Shown here: one piece after another, positions 42,640 through 51,448 of the stretch
Position numbering within the stretch: position 1 is the stretch's first letter
Layout: every line of letters starts with the position of its first letter
NCBI GenBank assembly: GCA_963726195.1
Contig: CAVSBO010000003.1
Span: 387,011-451,010, forward strand
Origin: Candidatus Thorarchaeota archaeon
Lineage (GTDB): Archaea > Asgardarchaeota > Thorarchaeia > Thorarchaeales > Thorarchaeaceae
Reading direction: 5' to 3'
DNA length: 64,000 nt
Program-made: the position numbers and the translations under genes
Notes under the pieces: model-generated
What the model was told of the DNA's origin: nothing
The model's input: only the letters and a program-made list of their open reading frames with translations
The model's database searches: none

Positions 42640-43908
42640 GTGGAGATTGCCGGTATTATATGCTTGATCATATTCATTGTCACAGTTGCAGTGCTCGTGA
42701 TTGGGAAATTCGATGACACGGCAGTTGTGCTCTTCTCTATGGCACTCGCAGCTGCTGTCCTGTATGGAGTTGGTGGATATGGATTCACTACGATGCTGAA
42801 TGCTATGGGCTGGGACACGATCCTGTTTGTCATGGCAATGATGATCATAATATCGGTCGTGGGTTCCTCTGGCATGTTCCAGTATGCGGCCCTTGTCCTT
42901 GCAAAACGCACGAAGGGTAACCCGCGCAATGTCTTCCTCGTGTTCATGGCCATCGTGTTTGTCATGTCTCCTTTCATTCCTCCTCTTCCTACGATTATCA
43001 TAATGGCTACGTTCACGGTTGAGATCTGTCGTGGTCTCGGGATCGATTTCAGACCGTTCCTGATCGGAGAAATCATAGTGGCAAGTGTCGCCTGCCTCCC
43101 CACGCCTTTTGGTAGCATCCCGAACCTGCTGATTGTTAGACTCGCCAATCTGAACGTCGCGTCCATGTTCATCATCCTTATGCCTCTGTCAGCCATCCTA
43201 TTGCTCGTGACCATTGCATTCTTGCTGAGGTACTACAAGGATGTCTTGGTGCAAGGTAGGGCTGACGAGACGAGTGAGCTCTTCCAAATTGACCCCAGAG
43301 TAATGATCAAGTCCCGTTTTGACTTCTATCTCTCCATTTTCACCATGGGCGTCCTTATGGCAGGGCTTATCCTTGTGCCCAATCAATCCGCCATAGTCGC
43401 AGTTCTTGTTGCTTCTGCACTGCTGGTGATATCGTTCGACAGAGCGAAAGACCTCCTTCAGCAGCTGTCTTGGGACACCGTCTTCTTCGTGGTTGGACTC
43501 CTTGGTCTTGTCGCGTCTCTGTCGGTAACGAACGTTGTCACCGACCTAGTGAGCGGAATGATTGCTCTTGTTGGTGGCAACATGTACATTGCTGCATTCA
43601 TGTTCATATGGGTGCCAGGTCTTGCATTGGGAATTCTGGACCCCACCGCAGTTGGCGCGTTGATGGCCCCTGTGGCCGCGGGATTCCCCGGAGGAAGTCC
43701 CATTGTCGCAACATCGCTCGTGGCCGGTGTGAACATGGGAATCATACCCATTGGTGGTGCACCCGACGTGTACATTGTCTCATTGGCCGAGAAGAATGAG
43801 AGCCATATTTCATGGGTCGAATTCACAAAGGTGGCTATGATTGTAGGTTTGATACACCTCGTAATCGCAACTGTCTACATGTTCATCATAATACCATTCT
43901 GGGCATAG
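42640..43908 (+). CDS. ArsB/NhaD-superfamily permease (duplicate A)
   Basis: 422-aa polytopic ORF with a GTG start. Roughly 90 percent identical in protein to 44573-45850 by eye. Confidence 0.65.
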   Translation: MEIAGIICLIIFIVTVAVLVIGKFDDTAVVLFSMALAAAVLYGVGGYGFTTMLNAMGWDTILFVMAMMIIISVVGSSGMFQYAALVLAKRTKGNPRNVFLVFMAIVFVMSPFIPPLPTIIIMATFTVEICRGLGIDFRPFLIGEIIVASVACLPTPFGSIPNLLIVRLANLNVASMFIILMPLSAILLLVTIAFLLRYYKDVLVQGRADETSELFQIDPRVMIKSRFDFYLSIFTMGVLMAGLILVPNQSAIVAVLVASALLVISFDRAKDLLQQLSWDTVFFVVGLLGLVASLSVTNVVTDLVSGMIALVGGNMYIAAFMFIWVPGLALGILDPTAVGALMAPVAAGFPGGSPIVATSLVAGVNMGIIPIGGAPDVYIVSLAEKNESHISWVEFTKVAMIVGLIHLVIATVYMFIIIPFWA

Positions 43909-43929
43909 CAACTGTCCACTCTCTGATTG

Positions 43930-44452
43930 CCGTCCGTCATGCCTCTTGTCGTAATGCGCTACCCTGCGCTTGTATTCCTCGAAGCCGACCATGAGCCTCT
44001 CGACAAAACCATGGTCACACATGTCTCTCTTGATCATCTCATTCGCAATGCCAAGGGCTAGGGCCGCATCTGTTCAGGGTCTGATGGTTGTGTAGATGTC
44101 GGCTATCTTTCCAGGGGGAGTCTTGCGAGGATTTACGACAATCAGCTTTGCACAGTGGTCAATCGCTTCTTTAATGACTCTCTTCGAATGGATACTAGAT
44201 TCGAACTTGTTTGTCCCCCATACTAAGACACATCGCGAGTTCGCCCAGTCACTTAGCTCGTGAGGCGGAAAGGGACCGACTTTGAAACGAGCGCCCTCAT
44301 ATGCGCCTTCAAAACATATCTCGACAATTCCCGGAATCATTCGGCAGCCAAGTGCGTTCGCGAATCGAGCAGCGTACTTCGAAGCTAGTCCTCATTGCCT
44401 GAACCCGAGTACACACCCACACACTGTGCCCAGAATTCTTTGCGAGCGCCCA
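43930..44452 (-). pseudogene. internal fragment of a molybdopterin oxidoreductase (duplicate of part of 45894-48272)
   Basis: ORFs 44074-44340 (MIPGIVEICFEGAYEGARFKVGPFPPHELSDWANSRC..) and 43810-44037 (..GFEEYKRRVAHYDKR) match residues about 105-265 of the full-length gene. Both ends are missing, and there is a 1-nt deletion (AATGAGGACTAG versus AATGATGGACTAG). Confidence 0.85.
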
Positions 44453-44572
44453 TGGAGAACGCGTGGCTTGTCTAGCGAAATAGGATACCTTATTATCCGG
44501 GTGGTCAGGTGCCTTAGCCGGACCTACACCAGAAGATGGCACTTCGGACTCGCACAAAGGAGCGCGTTCTAC
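44453..44572 (+). promoter_or_regulatory. conserved 5' leader of the ArsB/NhaD permease gene (copy B)
   Basis: See 42519-42639. The ORF track runs through it (44282-45850) only because this copy has no stop codon. Confidence 0.4.
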
Positions 44573-45850
44573 GTGGAGATTGCCGGCATTATTTGTCTAA
44601 TCATATTCATCATCACACTCATAGTGCTCTTGACCGGGAAATTCGACGACACAGCGGTTGTGCTGTTCTCCATGGCACTTGCAGCTGCAGTATTGTATGC
44701 AGTTGGTGGATATGGATTCACTGCGATGTTGAACGCCATGGGCTGGGATACGATACTGTTTGTCATGGCAATGATGATCATAATATCGGTCGTGGGCTCC
44801 TCGGGCATGTTCCAGTATGCAGCCCTTGTCCTCGCAAAACGTACGAGGGGTAACCCGCGCAACGTCTTCCTCGTGTTCATGGCCATCGTGTTCATCATGT
44901 CGCCTTTCATTCCTCCTCTTCCCACGATCATCATAATGGCGACGTTCACGGTTGAGGTCTGTCGTGGTCTCGGAATCGATTTCAGACCGTTCCTCATCGG
45001 GGAGATCATCGTGGCAGACCTCGGCTCCTTTCCTACGCCTATTGGTAGCATCCCGAACCTGCTGATTGTTCGTCTCGCCAATCTGAATGTTGCGTCCATG
45101 TTTATCATCCTGATGCCTCTCTCAGCCATTCTCTTGGTTGTGACCATTGGGTTCTTGCTGAGGTACTACAAGGATGTATTAGTGCCAGGCAAGGCTGACG
45201 AGACGAGTGAGCTCTTCCAAATCGACCCGAGAGTGATGATTAAGTCTCGTTTTGACTTCTACCTCTCGATAGTCACTATGGCTGTTCTCATGGCAGGGCT
45301 CATACTTGTTCCCAACGAATCCGCCATCGTCGCAGTTCTTGTTGCTTCTGCACTACTGGTGATATCGTTTGACAGAGCGAAGGATCTCCTTCAACAACTA
45401 TCTTGGGACACCGTCTTTTTTGTGGTTGGGCTTCTTGGTCTTGTCGCATCTCTGTCAGTCACGAACGTTGTCACTGACCTAGTGAGCGCAATGATTGGTC
45501 TTGTTGGTGGCAACATGTACATTGCCGCATTCATCTTCATATGGGTGCCAGGTTTTGCGTTGGGAATTCTGGATACCACCGCAGTTGGCGCGTTGATGGC
45601 GCCTGTGGCCGCGGGATTCCCCGGTAAGACTGGCACCATAGTTGCAACGTCGCTCGTCGCAGGTGTGAACATGGGAGGCTACACCATACCCTTTGGTGAT
45701 GCACCCAATATGTACGTCGTCTCAATAGCGGAGAAGAACGAGAGTCGTATTTCATGGGCAGAGTTCACAAAGGTGGCTATGATTGTAGGTTTGATACACC
45801 TTGTAATCGCAACCATTTACATGTTCATTATAGTTCCACTCTGGGCATAA
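44573..45850 (+). CDS. ArsB/NhaD-superfamily permease (duplicate B)
   Basis: GTG 44573 aligns with the GTG start of copy A (V/MEIAGIICLIIFI). 425 aa. Confidence 0.65.
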   Translation: MEIAGIICLIIFIITLIVLLTGKFDDTAVVLFSMALAAAVLYAVGGYGFTAMLNAMGWDTILFVMAMMIIISVVGSSGMFQYAALVLAKRTRGNPRNVFLVFMAIVFIMSPFIPPLPTIIIMATFTVEVCRGLGIDFRPFLIGEIIVADLGSFPTPIGSIPNLLIVRLANLNVASMFIILMPLSAILLVVTIGFLLRYYKDVLVPGKADETSELFQIDPRVMIKSRFDFYLSIVTMAVLMAGLILVPNESAIVAVLVASALLVISFDRAKDLLQQLSWDTVFFVVGLLGLVASLSVTNVVTDLVSAMIGLVGGNMYIAAFIFIWVPGFALGILDTTAVGALMAPVAAGFPGKTGTIVATSLVAGVNMGGYTIPFGDAPNMYVVSIAEKNESRISWAEFTKVAMIVGLIHLVIATIYMFIIVPLWA

Positions 45851-45893
45851 CAGTCTGTCCCGCTCCGATTGCGATCCATCATGCTTGTGGCTG

Positions 45894-48272
45894 CTAGGCC
45901 CGGTAGCCTGAACTGGAAACTCTTACAAGAACCGAGTTAAAGCCCGGCGTGTACCCGAACGCCGTGTGCTTGTCATCGGTCAGCAGGTTAATGTTGCCGT
46001 CTCTGTCCCACCAACCGTCGGATGCCCACACAACCCTCGGGTCAATGTCTTCCGTCACTTCAAGCCGGACGCGATCAAGTGACCCCCTGACAGACTCGAT
46101 ACGGACCAAGTCACCATCGGAGAGATGAAGCCCTCTAGCTGTCACAGGATTCATCATCAGAAACATCCGACGCGTTTGGGTCTCGGCCATCACGGGCATT
46201 CTGATTGGCTCCGTCACAACTTTGAATGGACAGATGTCTAGATTACACTCTCTGCACCCTATGCACTTGTCAGGATCCCATATGGGCACTTGGAGTCCAG
46301 TCATGCTGTCGGGAATAGCTATCACTCTCTCTGAGCCACTGACTGCAAGTCCTTTCACTGTCTCACTTAGCTTTTCACGCATCTTGGCATGCGTCTCCGG
46401 ATTCTCGCTCGAAATCCGGTGAATCATCTCAACACTGGGAGACCGCATAGATATCGCCTCGTCCTTGCAGTCTTTGACACACTTCTGACAAGTTGTACAT
46501 TCAGAATAGGTCTTGGCCTCAGCGCCAACCTCCACAGTGGTGTACTGTGAATGCAGTCTGTTCCGCAGCCTTCCGGAAATCATAATCAATGGGTAATTCT
46601 TGAAGACCTCAGGTGTAGATACTGGACTCTCAGCGGGCTCCTCATGGTATGGCAAGGGGTCAAAGCCCGCATCCGCCAAGGTCTTGGAGTAGAGCTCGAC
46701 TTTGCCGGAAGGTGTAAGAAAGCGGCGATCTGCGAAAGGAAGTGCTGCACTCTTCGTTCTCGTGCCGCCCGGATGCCGCTTGAGTTCATCGAGTGTAATC
46801 CCTTCACAATCATGACTTTGCAGTGCAAGCTTTATCGCATCAAGCTCGGTTAGTCTGAAGAACTTGCCAAGCCCAAGGTTCTCTGCGATGCCTTTCCAGA
46901 TTTCCAGCTCGTTCCTCGCCTCGCCCTGTGGCTCTACAATCTTCGGAGCATATTGAACAATCCTGTGGAGTTCGCTGTGCATCAGGTTGTGATGTTCGAA
47001 CAACGTTGTTGCCGGAAGTACAATGTCACACATCCGGGCCGTGTCGGTCATCTCGATATCGATGCAGACCTTGAAAGGAACGCGCTCAAGCGCAGCCTTC
47101 GTCTTCCTCGTATTCGGCCATTGGGTCATGAGACTTGCCGCTTGAATGATGAAAACCTTCAGAGGTGATTCCTCATGACTCAACACGTATTCTGGGATCC
47201 GGGTTCCCGACTCAACTACGGGTTTAACGGAGCTCGGGAGCATGTCAGCGAGCGTTATCGAAGAACTTTGGAAAGGACCACAGTCGGATGAGATATACTG
47301 AAAGCCGCCCCCCGACACCCCCAAGTATCCACAAATCGCAAGAAGACTGTGCACCGCTCTGGCAGCCCACGTTCCGTTAGTATAGTGATTCAAGCCAGCT
47401 GGAGCAGTCATTATGAGGCTGGGCCCGTGAGTCGCGAATGTGTGAGCTATCGCTTCGATTGTGTTGGGGTCTACCCAAGTTATCTCGCTGACAGTCCTCT
47501 TGTCGTACTCCGCTACCCTCCGCTTGTATTCCTCGAAGCCGACCACGTACCTATCAACAAAGTCCCGATTATACAACTCTCTCTTGACTATCTCATTCGC
47601 AATGCCAAGAGCAAGAGCTGCATCTGTTCCAGGCCTGATAGTTGTGTAAATATCAGCAATCTTTGCATAGGGGATCTTGCGAGGATCTATGACAATCAGT
47701 TTCGCGCCGCGGTCTACAGCCTCTTTGATAACTCTCTTCGAGTGGATGCTGGATTCGAACTTGTTCGTTCCCCATACTATGATACATCGCGAGTTCGCCC
47801 AGTCGCTCAGCTCATGAGGCGGAAAGGGGCCCACGTTGAAACGAGCACCCTCATATGCGCCTTCAAAACATATCTCGGCTATTCCGGGGATCATGCGACA
47901 GCCAAGCACATTTGCGAATCGAGCAGCGTACTTCGGAGCTAGTCCATCATTGCCCGAACCCGAGTACACGCCTACAGATTGCGCACCGAATTCCTTGCGA
48001 GCCCCATCAATATGAGAGGCAATTTCGAAAAGTGCCTCGTCCCAAGAGATCCGTGTGAATGTACCATCAGTCTGTCGCCGCTGAGGATAGAGGAGCCTGT
48101 CTTGTGAGTAGAGCCTCAACACATGTGCGTAACCCTTGGGACAACATCTACCCTGGGTGTAAGGATGGTTGTTGTCCCCCTCCAGCCTTACGACACGACC
48201 GGCCTCCACGTGAACCACGAACGCGCAGATGTCAGGGCAATTTAACGAGCAGGCAGAGTAGTGTTTCTTCAC
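45894..48272 (-). CDS. molybdopterin/tungstopterin oxidoreductase (DMSO-reductase superfamily) with an inserted 2x[4Fe-4S] ferredoxin module
   Basis: N-terminal 4Fe-4S motif CSLNCPDICAF..(x)..GRCCPKG. A long molybdopterin domain. Insert with CTTCQKCVKDC and CIGCRECNLDICP. The C-terminal dinucleotide-binding barrel (GDLVRIESVRGSL..) follows. 792 aa. Confidence 0.85.
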   Translation of the reverse strand: MKKHYSACSLNCPDICAFVVHVEAGRVVRLEGDNNHPYTQGRCCPKGYAHVLRLYSQDRLLYPQRRQTDGTFTRISWDEALFEIASHIDGARKEFGAQSVGVYSGSGNDGLAPKYAARFANVLGCRMIPGIAEICFEGAYEGARFNVGPFPPHELSDWANSRCIIVWGTNKFESSIHSKRVIKEAVDRGAKLIVIDPRKIPYAKIADIYTTIRPGTDAALALGIANEIVKRELYNRDFVDRYVVGFEEYKRRVAEYDKRTVSEITWVDPNTIEAIAHTFATHGPSLIMTAPAGLNHYTNGTWAARAVHSLLAICGYLGVSGGGFQYISSDCGPFQSSSITLADMLPSSVKPVVESGTRIPEYVLSHEESPLKVFIIQAASLMTQWPNTRKTKAALERVPFKVCIDIEMTDTARMCDIVLPATTLFEHHNLMHSELHRIVQYAPKIVEPQGEARNELEIWKGIAENLGLGKFFRLTELDAIKLALQSHDCEGITLDELKRHPGGTRTKSAALPFADRRFLTPSGKVELYSKTLADAGFDPLPYHEEPAESPVSTPEVFKNYPLIMISGRLRNRLHSQYTTVEVGAEAKTYSECTTCQKCVKDCKDEAISMRSPSVEMIHRISSENPETHAKMREKLSETVKGLAVSGSERVIAIPDSMTGLQVPIWDPDKCIGCRECNLDICPFKVVTEPIRMPVMAETQTRRMFLMMNPVTARGLHLSDGDLVRIESVRGSLDRVRLEVTEDIDPRVVWASDGWWDRDGNINLLTDDKHTAFGYTPGFNSVLVRVSSSGYRA

Positions 48273-48322
48273 GGCGCTGTTCGCGAGACCATCACTGTCA
48301 GGGTGAATAACTGTTGCTGTTG

Positions 48323-51313
48323 TCAGGGAGCATATCCCTGTTCAAATGCAGAAATAAGCTCTAACCCGGCTAGACCCAGAGCTGCGGCCAAGTTCCTCTC
48401 GATAACTTTTGATTCGTTTGGTGTCAATCCGGACAGAGGCAGTACCCTGCCTTCGATTGGCACCAATCGTTGGTCAGCACTCGCTATGACCGATGAGGAA
48501 TAGTGCTTGCCGGCCTCTCTGAGCACTCGGCCAAGATGTGTCCTTCCTAGAATGATGTCGTACACTAGCTCTTTCTCGTCATTGTTGAACTTGCCTTTCC
48601 AGACAGCTAGATGTGCATCGCGGTCTTTCATGTCGGGAGACAGAATTGTAGTGAGCTCCCGTGCCGCATTCACCACTCGTGGGAGCTCCTTATCAATGAC
48701 AGACATCAGAGTACGATAGGATGGCCCCCGCATCCTTTCCACGATTCGGGAAAGGAATCTGCATTCCGTGCCTCCCTGAATACGTTGCTCATTCAGGTCA
48801 AGAACCAAGTACGTTGGGGGAAGTTCATCGATTCCTAGCCGTGTCGTACCTGTAATCTCAAACGTGCCCAATGTCTCACTCGTGAGAGTACCCTCGTAGC
48901 CTGCGCGGACCTCCTTCAAAGGAGAGGCAACCTCCTTCAGAAAGTCAACTGCAAACTGTGCCTGCAGAGCTGGCCCCACGATTACTAGCGGATACAGCCC
49001 AGTTAGCGCCGCATGCATGGCCCTTTCGAGCCCTCTCCTCATGCCGATTCCGAGGATAACTGCTGAGACGGAGATTGGCATACCAATGACGAAGACAGAG
49101 CCGTTCTGATATGAACCCAGAACTCTGTCCTCCACTTCTATCTGGCCATCGAAGAGCTCCGTTAACGTGCGCACCACTGACAAGCCAAGGCCGGTTCCCG
49201 TTGCTCCTTCCATGAAGCGACTGAACAACCTCCTTTTCGTCTCCGGATCGATTCCACTGCCGTAGTCGATCACGCGAACTGACCAAGAGTCCTTGCCCCG
49301 AAGAACGGCAGGGGTTATCTCAACATCAATTCGCTTTTGGCCTGGGGAATGCTGTACCGCGTTACGAAAGAGATTCACGAATAGATCGGTAAGGAGACTG
49401 TTCGCATCAACGTAGAAGCGCTCATTGTGGTTGAAGAGAAGGTGAGATTCGAGTTCTGGAGTGCTCGCCGACACTTGGTTCATTACCTCCGTAATACACC
49501 CGGCAAGATCTATGGGAGCCAGCTCGATTCTCCGCGCCACATCGGCCCTTGAAAGCTGTCTGACTGTACTGGCAAGCTGCACGGCTTGGCCCAAGGCAAG
49601 GCGAGCTTCAGTTATTGCCCGGTCGCCAACATCTGGAGAGAGACCCTGCGTTTCGAGTAGTTCGAGCGCGCTAAGTATGGCTTGGTGGTAGTTCCCAATA
49701 TCATGTACCAGAATGTCTCCGTAGAGCGTTGCCTTTTTTCGAGATTCCTCTGCTTGGACATACGACTCCATGTACATTGCTCCAAGAAGGGCTGGCCCGG
49801 CAAGCATCCCCAGTAACAGTAGAATCTCTGCGATCCACCAACCTGCAGTCCACGCCGGGTAAATGGCCCTGAGAATGTTTGGCACAATCCATAGTGATAG
49901 AAAGCCAACCGCCCTTACCTCTACCGGGAAAAGAATGGCAGACACTCTTAGTATCAAGAGGATGAGATAGAGAAACCCAAAGACATTGACCAGATTTGTA
50001 ACGAGCAGAATCACAGGACCTATGGGACTCCCCGCTAACCAAGGAATGCACGAAAACGCCAGCCGTCGCACTCCTTCCCCAAGAATGCACAGAAGCATCA
50101 CCAAGACAAGAGAGGCCAAGACCCAAGAACCGGTTCGGTTGTCTCGTGACGGTGGTTTGATGATCCACCTTATGGCAAGGAAGAGACCAACAGATACAGT
50201 AGCACTGCCGACGATATATGGTACGTACGACGAGGCACCGCCTATGGGCATGATTATAGTTAGCAATAGTCCAAGTGACTCGACGAATGCCTGAGTTAGG
50301 AAAAGCAGTATGAGCGGATTATGGCTCCAAGCGGGCTTCCTCCGTGAGTATAACATCAGGAGTTGGGCCATCACACAAAAAACCGCTGCAATGCCAACCT
50401 GCGATGTCGCGTATGCTCCGAAATCAACCATAATGAATCCCGGCACGACTGTCTCCACGCAGACGGTCACTAGGAAAGGTGCAACGACAAGAATAGAAAT
50501 GGAATAGGCGATAGCGTAGGCGCGCCTTCGAGTAATGTTCAATCCTCTTAGGATTGGCATTGCCATGGCCAAGTACAGAACAAAGAACGCCGCCATCTGT
50601 AGCAGTGCTGAGATAATCCACACATTCGTTGGGTCACCCAATGAAACCATCAAAGGGATGACAGATAGCGCCAAGAGGACCGGTCCGAATAGCAGGCGAT
50701 ATCTGTCGGTTGTATATGGATAAGAGAGATGTCTGAAGAGCAGTATTCCAGATACAGTCAAAGCAGCTATGGCCACCGCCCCAGCAAAGTAGCCCACTGA
50801 GAGAACCGGCCAAGCCCAGACTCTGGTCGACCATTCAACTAGGATACATAAACCGAATGAGAGAAGCGTAATGCAAAGGGCAATGGAATACAGGACACGT
50901 CTTGAAGCCCTCGAGAGCCTCCGTTCGAGACAGACACCGATGAGGATTGCGATTCCTATGACGCTCAACTCAATCATGTCAAAGCCTGTTTCAATCAATG
51001 TCAGTTCTTGGATTGCTAGCGAGCCGGCCATGAGGATCTCAATGGAATCGACCATGTGAATAATAGCTGCGAAGAGAAAGGCCGACAGCAGGAGAACATT
51101 GAGTGGAGAGCGATTCTCTCTAGTTTGAAATAAGGACGCAGATGCACATGAAATGGCAAGGAACGATACTACTGCGTGGTAACCAACATTCGTTTGGTAG
51201 GCATTCCAAGCCGACGAAGTAACAAGATAGAAACCAATCGCAATGGCAGTGACGACACTTCCTTCCTTTGCGAGCCTTTTCAAGAACAATGCACTCAACG
51301 GTTCCCCCGTCAT
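48323..51313 (-). CDS. polytopic membrane sensor histidine kinase with a C-terminal extension
   Basis: About 500 aa of consecutive hydrophobic helices. H-box ILVHDIGNYHQ. ATPase motifs NAVQHS, DYGSGI and GTGLGLS. About 260 further residues have no recognised motif. Confidence 0.7.
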   Translation of the reverse strand: MTGEPLSALFLKRLAKEGSVVTAIAIGFYLVTSSAWNAYQTNVGYHAVVSFLAISCASASLFQTRENRSPLNVLLLSAFLFAAIIHMVDSIEILMAGSLAIQELTLIETGFDMIELSVIGIAILIGVCLERRLSRASRRVLYSIALCITLLSFGLCILVEWSTRVWAWPVLSVGYFAGAVAIAALTVSGILLFRHLSYPYTTDRYRLLFGPVLLALSVIPLMVSLGDPTNVWIISALLQMAAFFVLYLAMAMPILRGLNITRRRAYAIAYSISILVVAPFLVTVCVETVVPGFIMVDFGAYATSQVGIAAVFCVMAQLLMLYSRRKPAWSHNPLILLFLTQAFVESLGLLLTIIMPIGGASSYVPYIVGSATVSVGLFLAIRWIIKPPSRDNRTGSWVLASLVLVMLLCILGEGVRRLAFSCIPWLAGSPIGPVILLVTNLVNVFGFLYLILLILRVSAILFPVEVRAVGFLSLWIVPNILRAIYPAWTAGWWIAEILLLLGMLAGPALLGAMYMESYVQAEESRKKATLYGDILVHDIGNYHQAILSALELLETQGLSPDVGDRAITEARLALGQAVQLASTVRQLSRADVARRIELAPIDLAGCITEVMNQVSASTPELESHLLFNHNERFYVDANSLLTDLFVNLFRNAVQHSPGQKRIDVEITPAVLRGKDSWSVRVIDYGSGIDPETKRRLFSRFMEGATGTGLGLSVVRTLTELFDGQIEVEDRVLGSYQNGSVFVIGMPISVSAVILGIGMRRGLERAMHAALTGLYPLVIVGPALQAQFAVDFLKEVASPLKEVRAGYEGTLTSETLGTFEITGTTRLGIDELPPTYLVLDLNEQRIQGGTECRFLSRIVERMRGPSYRTLMSVIDKELPRVVNAARELTTILSPDMKDRDAHLAVWKGKFNNDEKELVYDIILGRTHLGRVLREAGKHYSSSVIASADQRLVPIEGRVLPLSGLTPNESKVIERNLAAALGLAGLELISAFEQGYAP

Positions 51314-51448
51314 ATGCAGAATATGAGGTCAGCCTGACAAAAAACCTTTGCCCAGATGTCGTGCTCAGCACACTTGCAGTTGCGTATTGCGACTTACCAA
51401 TGGCATATATGAGGAAGCATAATCGCTAGCAATGCCGAATTCAGGAGA

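Noticed and set aside
44282-44572. 97-aa N-terminal extension of the second ArsB/NhaD permease ORF (44282-45850)
   Set aside because: It runs through the antisense of the oxidoreductase fragment and through the leader. The sister copy starts at the aligned GTG (42640) and has stops upstream.
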